Notes: generated by a model from the letters alone, not told the origin. Shown: positions 20,197 to 34,500, counted from the first letter of the stretch. The stretch: DNA of 64,000 nt from Epithemia pelagica (GCA_946965045.2 OX337228.1:1054001-1118000); one strand, 5' to 3'. Program-made: numbers and translations.

Positions 20197-20808
20197 GATC
20201 TCTATTTGTTATTCTAACTTATTGAAGTGTATCCTCTTTTCCAGGCTTCTGACCATGCTCAAAAGGGTCATGAGATGGTCAGAAGAGGACTTGTCGCAAT
20301 GGTCGGCTTGGCCATGCCATGGGCGACCGTGAAGGACCGACCGGATCGGCTGATGGAATCTTCCCTCCATGTTTTTTGTCCGTGATTCGATGGGTTCCCG
20401 GGACACGGTAAGACACTTGTAACGACATTTGTTTCCTAAGTGATTTTTTGTGAAACGACATTTCTAACCCAATCATATTGCTGCCTTTTGAAACTAACAC
20501 CCCCTTTTCTTCTCTTTGTGGTTCTTGCGTTGAGAGTGTTGAGAGAGAGCACGTCCTCACTACACCACACCCTCTTGACAAGGAACATACAACAGCACCG
20601 CAACCGATCCAGGCAACGGTATAGAGCAAGGCGCTTCTTGGTGTGCGACGGGAAGAAAAAAGAATTGGAGGTGACGTTGGGGGCACCCAAGACGAATTGT
20701 GTCATTGACGACAACGACAACGACAAGTGAAACTGTTGTGGGAATCTTGCCGTGTGGAATCGTGGAACCTGTTTCAAGGACGGACCATCATCATCAATAC
20801 ACAACAAC

Positions 20809-23800
20809 ATGAATCCCTTTGACGATCCTCCTCCCTCGTCCAACACGGACGGTCCAGCGACCACGAGGAGCAACAGCAGCAGTACCAATCCCTTTGACGA
20901 TCCACCAACACCACCGTCGGGATCGTCCACTACCACCACCACAGCGACGACAACAACAACAACGACAACAAACTCTAAGCCATTCCCCAAAGTGACAACT
21001 GCCACAGCAACACCACCACCACCCCAACGACCTTCCATAACCGTGCGACCTGCCGACAAGACTCCTCCTCCTCGACCGCCCAGTTCGACTTTGGTCGTCT
21101 CGACAACGACCACCACCAGCACAACCAATGTTGCTCCTCCGTTGTCGTCGTCGTCTTCCAAACCCGAATCGGTCTCACGAATCTTGGCCCGATTGTTGGC
21201 CTTACCAGCCAATCGATCGTGTGCCGAATGTCGCATGACCTTGATTGATTCCTCCCAAGTCTATGCATCCTACAGTCCACCGCACCCTCATAACCAAAAC
21301 CACAACCACAACACTGGTTCCGATCCGGACGACAATGACCACACTATGGAACCGCGCAAATCACGAGACGAAGAAGAGGGCTTTGAAGTGTCTTCGTCGT
21401 CGTCGACGATTCATTATACCAACTTTGCGCGCAATCATGCCCAATTGGCACCACCCGGGTACCAACCCTCGTCGGAACGCCACCATGGTAGCAGTCGTTC
21501 CTTGGTGCCGGAACCCAACAACGACCCTGACCACACGAATGACACCACCAATCCGAATGGCAAACTGACTCGCGCCGAGTCGGATGAGGCTTCTACCATT
21601 ACGACCACCTCGTCCTTGTCGAAACAACCCAACCACCCATCAAGAGTCGTTGTAGTCGACCCAGTCCAATGGATCAATCGACGCGGCCTGGGACATGGCG
21701 TCTTTGTGTGTGCCATGTGTGGAGCGGCGCACAAATTGTTGGGCACCGATACCGCCCAGGTGCATTCGGTGCAAGACGGTGCGGCTTGGAACCTGCACAA
21801 TGTGCAGCAATTGAATGCCCATGGCAATGCGCACAGTCGCCGGGTGTTGGAACGCTTTGTTCCACCGCAGTATTGGACTCGCGTGCACCATGGAGGTCGG
21901 TTGCGATCGACCGATTCCATTGCCGAAAGGTTAATTTTTGTGCGCGCCAAGTATCAAGCCTTGGCCTTTTGTTTGCCGTCGCCCACGCATGGGGCCACCT
22001 GGACCGAAGAGGCCTGGACACGACTCTTGACACATCATCATCATTATGGATGGAACAATTATTTTCAAATCCATTCAGTATCCAAATCGTTACCAACGGC
22101 CGCAACACTCACCAAAGCGTCCTCCTCGTCGTCTTCCTCGTCGAGCAAATCCAAACGCAAAAAATCCAAACGATCCAAATCGCAACAACAACCACAACTG
22201 TATTATACCTTGACCGATTTGACCTTGTACGATCCTCATCGAGAACGATCCTTGCCACTACCGGTGGATGATACTCGGAGTAGTATCGTCTCCTCGTCAT
22301 CTCATCCTCATGGATTCACGTCCGAGGCCACCACCACCACCACAATGGGAGGTGCGATCTTGCCCAATCGATTGGTGGATTTCTTTTGTGTCGTGTCCGC
22401 GGGTACGACGGTGGATCCCAAACAACATGCGGCCGCTCCCTGGAATACTACCACAACCACAACACCTGTGGGTGGAACCACCAACGCCAACCTCAACACT
22501 GTTCCAGAAGACGTGTTGTTGGTTCCCAAAGTGACCAATTGTTATCCCGCACCAACCACATATACCGATATGGAATTCCCCGAACATGTCGGCTACTTTT
22601 GTTTCCCCGAAGGCTGTCGTCCCAGTCGGACCGCCTTGTCGCCCACCTTTTTTACCCTCGTACTAACCTGTTCGGATGGTCGGCGGTTATATGGGGGAGC
22701 CTTGCAATTGCACGATCACAACAACACGGTCGAAGTCTCGTCCTTACAGCAACCACAGCAACCACAATCCTCGTCTCCCACGGCCACCACAGGTCCTCCC
22801 CAATCATCATCGTCATCGTCTACGGAACCATCCGACATTGTGTACTTGCCCAAATGCTTGGTTCTCTTATCGCACTATCCCTTTTTTGACTTGTGGCGCA
22901 AATTCTTGTTGCAAATTTATCGCATTGCCTTGGTGGAAGCTCCCTTGCCCTTGGAACGCTTTATTGCCAATTTTGTCTCCGAGGTTCCCTTACCGCCTCC
23001 CGGACAATGGTCGGTGCGATATGGCTTGACCGCGCACGAAATTTGGACCATTCAACGACCACCCGACAATGAATTGCCCTTGGCGGATTTTTCCTTTCAA
23101 CCCTTGTTTCAAACCTTGAGTACTCCCAATGTCTTGGTCGTGTTGGCCTGTTTGTTGCAAGAAACACGACTCGTCCTCTTGTCCAAACACTATGCCACCT
23201 TGACGCCCGTCGCCGAAGCCTTGCTCAGTTTACTCTTTCCCTTGCATTGGGTACGTATCTGTGTATCGCAAAGGAGTCGTCCTTGTCGTTCCATGAGGGG
23301 GAAGAAGAGCACTTGTCTCTCATGTTTTTTTGCGTGTTTGTCTGCTATTCTCTTTTATTCTTCATATTCAGCACGGAATGTACATTCCCATCATGCCGTA
23401 TTCCATGTTGGACATTTTGGATGCGCCCATGCCGTTTCTGGTGGGGTTGCATTCGCGGTATCTTCAACAGGTTCCTCCCAATCGAAGGCCAGTGGGTGTT
23501 GTTTTTGTCGATTTAGATCAGGACATTATTCATTTGGGATGGAGCGATGAAGATGGACCGACACCGGCGGCCTCTATGAACAAGGGGGAACCACGACGAA
23601 CACCGGCACTGCCCGAAAAGGAGGCAAGTAAACTCAAACAGCGGCTCGCCAGTTGTGCGGCGGCTGTCTATCTCTTGCCCGATTCCGGCAAGGCCGGATG
23701 TATCACGTATGGGGATGAAAAACCCTTGCCCTTTGGCGAACGAGACTTGTATTCGCGCATCACCAGTGCCGAAGTACCAACGCAACAACAGGGACGTCGC

Positions 23801-26473
23801 AAAGAATATTTTGCCACGGTCGATCGGGCCTATGACGATGACGGGGAAATTTATACCTCCCCCGACGACTTTTTGTCGGGTCAGGGTCTCTTTCACGAAA
23901 AACAAGAACGTGTCACTACGACGCCATCGCCCTCCAACAAACGCAATCTACGCTTGGTCCGACGATTGTTGCCCACACGATCGCCTTCCCCGGCCTCGCC
24001 CACCACGGGAGACGAACTGGAAACGGCCGATTCTTCCGATTTGCCAGGAGGAGTCTCCCGAACTACAGGTGCACAAAACCGATCTTCCTTGTCCTCGGAG
24101 GGCGACGATTTCAAGGGGTTTTCGGTACCGGATATCCGCAATGCATTCTTGCGGTTTTTTGTCGGTTTGTTCAAGGGATATCGTGATTTTATTCAAGAAG
24201 AGGACGGGACCTTTCGGTCCGAAGACTTTATTGCTCGCATGAACTTGTCGTCGTCGCCTCGTTCTCGTGATTATATGGAGTCGGTCACTCGGACGCAAAT
24301 GTTTGAACGATTCATTCAAGAGCGTTTGGAAGATCCCGATGACCCTGAGGTCATGTTCTTTGACGAATCCATTGATGTGAAACAAAGCCGGTTTCGAAAA
24401 GCTCCCTTTACACGAATTCGCAACGCTGGTAAAAAGGGGGATTCCTTTTCCTTTTTGGAGGACAAGTCGAAGCAAGTAACGGAAAAATATACCCCTCCCC
24501 CACCATCGCATTTGGGACTACCCGATGATGGCCGAACCTACCATTATGGATCCTTTCCCGATTTGGATCCAGCACTGTTTGGCAAGGTACGACCGCCCAT
24601 GATGTGGAAAGAATATCACAGTAAGAGTGCAGCGTCGTCCATGCGATTGCGAGCGAGCTCCGAGATTGTCAAGAAACAACAATCGCTCGTCAATGGCATT
24701 TTGGGTGCAGCAAATACTCGCGGAAATGGCGTTGCTCCCACCGCCTCGGCCTTGGCAGGTGGAGGTCCCAATGCCTTGGAAATTGCTCTGGTGACATTGG
24801 CACGTCCTTTTATGGAATCGACACAACAAGAGCAAAAGAATGGTGCGGATGGCAATGGTGTTCCAACGTCTTTGAAACACAAAAAATCCTCGTCGCAACA
24901 ACGACTAGGGTCCTCTACCTCCAAGGACGACGGTTCTCCAGAAGAGGTTGTTCTGGCTTCACGACGATTGTCATCAGTTCTCGTACAATTATTTGTTGCG
25001 TTTCAGGCACAAGTACGGGGATATCTGGTACGGACCCGTCCAACTCGCGCCGCTACAGTGACCAACACCACCCCTGTAACGACGACTGTGGGCGATTCCA
25101 AGCCTGTAACGATTGAAGAGGCGTCCCCGGACCTCTCGGCCGCTCCAAGCAAGGAGGAAATGGAAAAACACGAATATGCGTTTTCCGTGTTGCAACAAGC
25201 TTTTCGATGGCGACAATCGCAAGAAGTACTACGTCGCAAATCGGAAGCGGCTACCAAAATGCAGTCCTTGATACGCAAGTACATGAAACAGTGTGAATTC
25301 GCCAAGGTACGAAGAGGTGTGGTGCACCTTCAAGCAACAGTGAGGGGGAGACGCATCTGTCTGACGTACCAGTTGGTACTAGATGCCATGGCCCGGGCAC
25401 AGGCCCGGTATCGAGGATACAAAGTTCGGCATGGCCTTCACCAGGTTTTTCAATCTCGTTTGGTATTGTACCGCCGTCAAATCTTTATTTTGTGGAAACG
25501 AGCACACACGTCACTGGCGTATCGGACAAAGTTTTGGACAGCCATTGAATCGCAATCATTCCTTCGACATAACTTGGCCGAATATGAACTGAAGCGACTG
25601 TGGAAGGAACTCAATCTCATTGAAGGAATGGGATTACTACTTGACGAACCGGCGGATGAGCTGGCAATCCTGGCGTCCAAATTAGGCCTCTCGAATACAA
25701 CCTACATTGCCAGTTTGACGCTGGACGAGTCACTGGATGTTGATCGAGACGATGATCTATCCTTTGTGGGTAGCATTGGGTCAACAACGTATTCGTCGAA
25801 ATCTCAATCAGCGGCGTCAAGTAGCGCCAAGTCATATTCGGTTACATCTAGCATGGATGGGACCAACCACGGTGGAAATGGCGGCAACGGTATATCCTTC
25901 TTACTGAATAGCGAACGAACGCAAATCTACGAACGACTTTCTCAGTCGTCGCATATTGGGAACGATCAGCAAGCGAAACGGCTGTTTGAAACCTTTAAGA
26001 TTGGTCCCAGGGTCAAGAAACGCAAAAAGTCGTTGGCCGAAGCAGTCTGGAGAAATTTGGATCAAGCTTCTGAATCCGCAGCGTTAATGTATGAACTGTT
26101 TCCGGAGCTTCGGAATTCGGATACCCTTCGGTTTGTCGAACCTTCCCGCAAGGGCATTCGTCGATTCCGGTACGATATGAAACCCGTGGCCGACTTTGAG
26201 ACGACCACCTTGAGAGCTCAAAAGTTGGTGGATGATCGTATCCGGAACAATGTTAGTTTGGTGGCATCGGCCGGTTTGTGTCGTATTCCGGTTCTAATGC
26301 ATCATCCTTCATCCTCGCAGGTAGTAGAGGTGAAGAACCACAGTCATGCCAAACGAGAGAGACGATCGGATCAACGACGACGACAACAAGCTTTGATGCA
26401 GGTGGGTGGATACAAATCATGGAGCCAGTGTCGGTTGCATTGGATGCAAGCGCTCGTCTCCAATTCCCTGTAG
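20809..26473 (+). CDS. ArfGAP-like + uDENN/cDENN/dDENN + IQ-repeat protein (putative Rab GEF); intron 23251-23371
   Basis: NPF motifs; CAEC...GVFVCAMC..AH..LG and ERLIFVRAKY (ArfGAP); LVDFFCVV, YP..TYTDMEFP, FCFPEG, LPKCLVLLSHYPFF, LLQETRLVLLS, YIPIMP..LDAPMPFLVGL, IRNAFLRFF, TQMFERFI (DENN); about five IQ-like motifs. GT-AG intron joins both ORFs in phase 0. Confidence 0.9.
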
Positions 26474-27372
26474 AAGAAGAAATAACAAGCAAGAAACAAA
26501 GGAACCACCCGCCCGAACAAGGTCGACAACGTGGACGTGGTGAAGCAACGCTCGATTGTGGTCTTGTCCTGCCTTTGCTGGTTTAGACAGGAGGAGAGAT
26601 TGCACTGGGAAGCACCTCCGGCTCCGGAGCCATTGGTTCTCGTACGTTTCCACATTGGATCGCCCTCCTTGCACAATGTTGGGATCGTATCGTGTGTTCC
26701 ATAGAAACTTTTTTGATAGATCTAGAGTTATTGTTGTGCCAATCTGAATACTCCTACTTCTATCCCATTATGTAATGTAATGCCTAGGAAGTGCATGGAG
26801 TGGTAGCTCAATCAAACCCTCGACTTGGACTTGGAAAAGAGTACATCATGACGGTGTGCAGTCGCCATCTGTTGGGGCTGTGGGACTGCGACAATGACAA
26901 ATGACAACTGACATCCTGTGTCCTTTGAGTACCGGTGCGATGCAATGGCATTCCAACTTCCGAACTACAAGTGGGATTTTCTTGGATTCCGCCGCCGGTG
27001 GGTGTCACGGGAAAACACCCATGAGTATGTAAACTCCAGCGAGGTATATATGGAAAAGAGAGGGGGAGTATATCAATAATGTTGTTCGTCAAGTCATCCG
27101 ACCCCAACTCCTACAATAGTGACCGCTGGGGATACAAGGCAGACGGAGACAGCCGCAGAGAGTGCGAACGAAAATCTGCTCGTGCTGCACGCAAGCGCTG
27201 CGCTACTGCTGCCGCACCTGTACACCCAATAAATATAATCGTGTGTGTTCCCCAAACGGGGAATCTGTGAGAAATTTGTTGTTTCTTTGGGAGGATCAAG
27301 AACCTGGACAACAAGAGTGAGAGCGAATTGATCCTCTTTCCAGAGGATCTAATACATTCTCTCTCTTTGGAT

Positions 27373-30299
27373 ATGGCAGCTCATGAAACTGTGAGTAGGA
27401 AGAGGGGGGCGAAAGAAAGAGTCATTCGTTCGATAGAAAGATTCGAGGTTGCAATAGAGTTCCATGTTTTGTTTCTCGCTTGCTTGTCTTTTGTCGTTGC
27501 TCCTACGGCCTGGAAATGGTACATACCGAGAAATCCAACTCACAAAGAGGACTTGAAGGAGGGAGAATTGCGTGGTCCAGAGTTTTTTGTTTCGGTGGAA
27601 GCAACCGTTGAATTTTATGTGGTCTCGGATTTCTTTGTTTTCAAAGAACAAATACGAACCGAGTGTTGTTCTTTTACCGGATATTGCCACCTTGGTGACT
27701 AAAAGTCTTTCGTTCCTACATTCTTTGCTTTCTATAACTCTGACTCTCATGATGATGATATGATATGGGTTTTTGCTGTGATGCATATGACACTGACTCT
27801 TGCAGTCCTCCTCAGCAGCGGTCGCTGCAGCTGGCGGAGGAGGGGAAACCAGTACGGGTGGATTTTCAGTTTTGATTGTGGCATGGGGCCCTTTGCCTCT
27901 TACAGCAGCAGCGCCTGGCGGTGGTAGTGCGTCAAATGGTGGTGGTGTGGGTGGAGGTGTTGTCTACGCCGTGGCAGTGGCACAACCGGTGCAATCCTGG
28001 ACGGTCGTACGAAGTCACCATGATTTTCATGCCCTTTCGCAAGCCTTGTCCCCGGTTCTTCGAATGCTCTTGTTGCGAATGGACGAACATGGTAGTGGTG
28101 GAGAGACCAAGGATGAAACTAATGCCGAAAGTCGAGGTCTGGTTTTGCCACCCTTTCCCTCTCCTCCCCAACATGTCAATGCTCTGCTGAGTGTCAGGAA
28201 TGAATTGCAACAGTGGCTATCCTCCATGCTAATGCACGCTAGTGTTCGAGAATCGACAGCTATTCAACAATTTTTGACGCTGGGTGCCAATACTATACCA
28301 CATCAATACGATGGTGTCGTCTGGACACAACTCAATACGCTCATATCCCCATCGTCTCCGGAACAGGGACGAGGCCATGTGGAAGTGGATGCATCGGTAG
28401 CCATCCGGACTGCTCATGCTCACACAAATCAAAGCAGCAGCAACAATAACAACAATACAGGCAGTAGCAGCAGTCAGCTCGATATGGATATGGATTACAT
28501 GTTTTTGGGAGAAGATGATGGTTCCACACCTCATCATGAGGATGAAGAAGATGATGACGACGAAGATAACCAGGGTGGTCACCATGCGCATCACCTTCAT
28601 CCTCATGGAAATGGCGAAGAGGATGATGACGACGATGAAGATTACGTACCGGCGGCATCCATGCGGTACAAACCCACGGAAGAAGATGTGGCCGATGAAG
28701 ATGAAATGGATATCATGCAATATGCGGGAGAAGTAGAAATGATTGAAGATATTGGATCCTTGGCGCAAAGTTTGGGAGCCTCTCATTTGGGACGATCTCT
28801 GCAACTCCAAGCTGAACGGAACCATCCCTTTCATGGAACCTCCGTGGTGCGTGAGGAACCCGCAACCCACCAACCACCACAACAACAGGGTATCAAAATG
28901 GGAGCCGTGCCACCTCCTTCATTGAGAGGATCTGGCAGTGGTGGAGGGGTCGGAGGAGGAGGAATTGGAAGTGCCATGGCCAATGCCATGAATCAATCCT
29001 TGTACAATACCAATTCTGCACAGCAACACAGACCACTGGCACAATCTGCACCACGATTGGACTCATTCAAAATGTTAAAAGTAATTGGAAAAGGATCGTT
29101 TGGTAAGAATCACGGCAGATGGCTTTGTGGCAGCTTCCTCCGCTCGTTTCTGACGCATTGTCTCTCTCATTGCCTTCTTCTATTCTTTCATCATCTGAAA
29201 CATTTGATTGGTGGCTGTCCTCTCTCATGAACACATTACAGGAAAAGTGTTTCTGGTCCGGGAAATCAAAACGGGTGAAATTTATGCTCTCAAGGTACTG
29301 CGGAAAGACAATATCATCAAGCGCAACCAAGTTGAACATACCAAAACCGAACGGAATGTATTGGGCTATGTGAAGCATCCATTTATTGTGGGAATGAACA
29401 TGGCCTTCCAGTCCAAGGATAAATTGTACTTTGTGTTGGATTATTGTGCGGGTGGCGAACTCTTTTACCATTTGGGCCGATTGGGACGGTTTCCCGAACC
29501 CCGAGCCCGATTCTATGCGGCAGAGATTGTGTTGGCTATTTCCTATGTTCATAGTCTGGATATTGTCTATCGGGATTTGAAACCAGAAAATGTCTTGTTG
29601 GACGACAAGGGACACATTCGGCTCACGGATTTTGGCTTGTCCAAGGAGGGCATCAGTAACAGTATCAGCGGAGCCAATAGTTTTTGTGGAACACCGGAAT
29701 ACCTGGCCCCTGAAATTTTGAATCGACAAGGTCACGGTCGTGCCGTCGATTGGTGGAGTTTGGGCGCTCTCTTGTACGAAATGTTGACGGGCCTCCCTCC
29801 CTTTTATTGTCAGGATCGGGAACGTTTGTTTGACAAGATTCGTCGAAGTGAATTGAATTATCCAGCCACGGTCCAACTGGCCGCTCGGAGTTTACTCAAG
29901 GGTTTGTTAACGAAGGACCCAAAGCATCGATTGGGGAGTGGCCCAAACGATGCCCAAGACATTCAACAACACGAATTTTTTGCCCCCATTGATTGGGACA
30001 AGTTAGTCCGGGGTGAAATCCAACCGGAATGGGTACCAAAAATCAAATCTCGTTTGGATACCAGTCAATTTGATAAGGAGTTTACGAACATGCCCATTTT
30101 TAGTCCGCAAAGTATGCCTCGAGGAGGTGCCTATGCGAATATGGTTGCCAACAGCAGTACGAATACCAGCGGCAACAACACCTCCAACAACCCTATTCTC
30201 AACAGCAACAATAATCCATTTGAAGGCTTTACCTTTACCGATCATGCCTTTTATGGACCTGCTCCTGTGACCAGTGGGGCCGGTGGTACTACGGAGTAA
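27373..30299 (+). CDS. PX-domain AGC Ser/Thr kinase (SGK3/Akt/RSK-like); introns 27391-27805 (tentative) and 29103-29241
   Basis: PX-like WTVVRSHHDFHAL..LQQWL..AIQQFLT; GKGSFG split by an intron, YALKVL, YRDLKPEN, TDFG, SFCGTPEYLAPE, hydrophobic motif FEGFTF. The 18-nt first exon (MAAHET + GTGAGT) is inferred. Confidence 0.88.
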
Positions 30300-31584
30300 C
30301 CAACGCACGACTACGCCAACAACAACACTGTGAACCTTCTTTTTTCCATAGACCAATGTACAATTCCCAAACCGTGACCTGCACCCGTACATATATCCGC
30401 GACTTCACCCGAGACTGTTATTCCCACCATGCCCTCAATCCTATTCTGTCTAAACATGCGCAGGAGGAACAGTCTTGGTTTTCTTTGTATGTGTTTGTAG
30501 ACCTTTCCAAGTAGAGAACGTAACGCCCTGTGGTTCCTTTTGTAGGCTGGTATCCTCTAGATTGGTCGACCAGATCAATAGTTCTGCAAAGTGAAGGACA
30601 TGAATGGTGGACCAGACACAGAGGACATTAGCGTTCTATCGCATGGTGAGTTTCATGACAGACTCGATAACCGACAACTGTCACGATTGGAAATAAAGGT
30701 TTCAACGAATCCATTCGTCACTCTAGGTAGGGGAAGATAGCAACATTCATGTCGGCAGGACGACTAGGGCAATGTAGATACGTTGTCACAGAGGATCAAA
30801 AGCAAATGCATTGAAAACATAACTCTATTGACACAATCTGTCAAGGTTCAAAAGAAAAGCAACCGAGTCTTCCGCTAATAGGGGAGTCCTATGCTTCATC
30901 CATAGAGGATCACATAGCAAAGCTAGCTTATTCAGTTGGGTGACATACTTGTCCTTTGAATCCAGGCTTTACACAGCACGACATCAACCAGACGCCACGT
31001 CAACCAATCAGAGGTATCCAAAGTGCAGATTGTTGCACCAGCTGCCTCCGACGGCTCTCAAAGTGAGTGACCACAACCACAAAGACATTCCCTTGCGAAA
31101 ACAATTGGACCGTAATAACACAACAACAACCGCATATACATTCATGCACGACATTTCGTTTTTGTGGTGGTCTCTCCGCTCCCTGTGCAAGAACAACAAG
31201 AAACCAAGAGGGTAGAGCGAAAGAACGAGTCAGGGGCGAGCAATATACCCGAACAGAAAGAGTGAAGAAAGCAAAGACCAGCCAGTGAGCTGTAGCCCAA
31301 GGACTTGTGCGTATGCACCCGAATACGCGCCAATAGATTGGCACACTGAGAGGAGGAGAAGGCAGAGAGTGAGAAACAATCCTGTATCTCCTCAAGTAAC
31401 GAGTTCGAATTGAAAGCTCAAGACGTCTTTAGATTGTCCAGAGAGAGCCAAAGTCTCAAAGGGGAGCGCTTTGTCTATCACATTGTCGTGTAGTAGTATT
31501 CCATGTCTGGAATCTGGGGTACCACTTTCTCGCTGCTTGTTTGCATACGTACAAATACAAACAACCTAAAGTGGTTGTATAATC

Positions 31585-34500
31585 ATGAAGACCTCAGAAA
31601 AAGCAACCTCAACAAGTTCTTCCTCCCATCAGTGTCCGAAACCCAAGAAAAGTCCAGCCTCCACACCACCTCCTCCATCTTCGAGTGCTCCTGCACTTTC
31701 CAGAGGAGGAGGAGGAGCCGTGAAACTACCTGGTAGTTCCTTCCCACTCAAAAAGCTTGGTACAACTAATGGGCCCTCGACCCGAATGATTCTTCCAAAA
31801 CAACCCACACCTATACCAATCGTGGCTGCTCCTCTCCCTCCCTCCGCTTGCAACAGTAGCAAGGCTATCCTTCCCACATCCAGGATTGTTCCTATTACCG
31901 CTACAGCTATTACCGCCAGCAATACTACAGCTACAGCTCCGACCATTGTTTCCTCTGCTACTTCAACTACCAATACAGCTGCTGCGCCACAAGTCATTCA
32001 TCCTTCGACTGCTACGGCGGCAACAGCAGCTTCGGTTCCCACTCTGGCCGTTGCAGCCGCTGCAACCACTCTCGCACCCTCTCTCCCCTTTGCTGCTCCG
32101 TTGCCTCCGGGAGCGACAGCCGTGGCACAGCAAATTCCTGCCGCGTCCCATTCCTTGACTGTGTTGGCCTATCTGTTACAACAACAACAACAAAATGGTC
32201 AACCACCACAGCAGCAACAACAACAACAACATGCCACATCACCACCCTTTCCAGCCCTACCACAGGCTCATCCAATGGCCTCTCCAGCTACTTCCACTGC
32301 TACCAGCACCAACCCTTCTGCTACTGCTACTACTACGGCTTCGTCCTCCACGCCGTGCGCTTCGTCCTCGGCCGCTACAGCTACTGCCGCTGCCTCCATG
32401 GCGGCGGCCGCCCACTTTTATCATCAAAACCATCACTTTCTTTCGAATAGCAGCATCAATCCAAACCACAACAAGAAATTACGAAGTGGGAAATGGACCA
32501 GGGAAGAAGAAGTCTATGCCGATCGACTGATTGAATTGTTTGGCAAGGGATGTTGTTTGGATTGCAGTGTTGGTGTCACCTTACGGAGTTATCTTTCCCA
32601 AAAATTGCATTGTGCCCCCATGCGGATTTCCAAAAAGTTTGCCGGACAAGGCATTGGGAAAATGGTCTACAAGGGCAACGCGACGACCGCATGTACTACC
32701 AGCACGACAACAAATCCTCCTTCTTCCACTCTGACCGTACCAACGACAGTTCCCTCGGCGACTGGTGCCACCACTCCGGTGGCTTCCACTGCCTCCCCTA
32801 TCATCCCTACAACACCCGTCTCGTCTTCTCTGGGTCCCATTCCCACGGCTACCAATCCATTTCTGACCTCTTCGGCATCCTCTTCACCGACTATGGTATT
32901 GGATCCGGACCAAATTCGCAAATTACGAGAAGCGGCACAAAAGGCCGAATGGGATTTTTATCGAGCCTTGTCTGTGGAAATGGACTTTATGGGGGTAAGT
33001 TGTTTCGTCAACAAGTGGGAGAGGTTTGATGAAGCGGATCTGGTTTGTTCTCAATGACTCTTGCTTTGTTCTTTCCTTGTTTGACATGACTACAAATGTT
33101 GAAAAATGGCCACAGCAAGCACCTCCTTGGATGATGATCAAAGCACCTCCTCCAGGTACTGTACCAGCGACCCCTGCTCCATGGATGACTGGTCCCTCAG
33201 CAGCCTCCCAGTTGCAACTCATGATCCCTGCATCCACAACAACTTCCGCCACCAATCCATCCACTTCCGCCGTTGGTCCACCGATACCAACTCCTCCTAC
33301 TCCAAGTTCCAGCGAAACATCCAACATCAGGGTCACGTCCAAGAACAACAAAGGCATCCACCAAACAATACCCTCTCAAGTCCTTCCGCAACATGCTCCC
33401 TTATTGCCCTCGACTATGCTGCATCCACAAGCTCCATCCATACCCTTTCTGCCAGTCCAGCAACAACTTCCCACTCCTCCTCCTCCATCTTTGCCACCAC
33501 CGCAGCTACCGCCTTCCTCATCATCATCAACAGCACCAACATCCGCACCGGCTTTCCCTGTGCGATCCACACAGGATGGTGCCTGGGTGCCACCGCCACC
33601 CCCTTCCACGGAAACGCCAGTAGTACCTCCGCCACAAACAAAACCTGTCAAAGAAGAGCTGGCCGCGGCAACGATTGCCACCTCACAACTCGATCCACCC
33701 TCGTCGTCGTCTGTGGCGGAGCCATTGGCCGAAACAAGTACACGGAACGAGGATGGAGAGCGGCTTCGTGAAAACTATTTGCATGCAATGTCGACGGCGT
33801 CCAACCAAATTCCTGCTCCTGTTGAACCAGCCAAAGACTCTAAAAAGGTAGTATCCGTTCCGACGGCAACCAACTGTGCCGCTATGACTAAGAAGAGCAA
33901 TGAAGGAGCACTGGTTCCATTCAAGTCCACCATGACCAACCCACTGGCAATAGCAGTGGTACCCACGAAACCACTTGCTGTCGCCCCTGCGTGGAATGAC
34001 GCAGCACGCCCCATGCCGCCTTTGACCACCACCATCGTCAAGCCAGGTCCTCTAGCCGCTCCGCCTTACCAGCTTCTTCGCATTACCAATGGCCAAGTCG
34101 TTACTACCAATAGGAACCACAAGAAGAAAAGGACGCAAGAGGATGTTCCGTCGAACAACGTAAAGCCGACTCCATGTAGGAGTACCACGGCACCATTTCA
34201 TCCACCTCTCCCACCAATACAGTCCAAGCGATTGACAGAAATGGATGCCGTTGCGACTACGGCCAAGGAAGGTCCCCGAAATTCTCTTGCGCTTACCACC
34301 ATGACGCTGCTCAAGTCCTCAACATCTCTGGCGACTCTGAATGTACCTCCTGTAGTAGCAAGTCATGCTCACAAACAAGAGGCGAAACAAGACGACGATG
34401 AGGATGATGATATGCCAGACTTTTTGGTTGGTTTTGACCGTGCTGTATCCAAACTGAAAGCAGAACAACAAGAGGCTGAGACGAGGAACAGCAAGACGAG

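Noticed and set aside
20200-20480. Terminal inverted repeats for the transposase gene
   Set aside because: Only short internal repeats (ACGACATTT x2) seen; no counterpart found at 16300-16890.
26800-27320. Short ORFs between the DENN and kinase genes
   Set aside because: Under 100 aa, no motifs, no consistent splice model.
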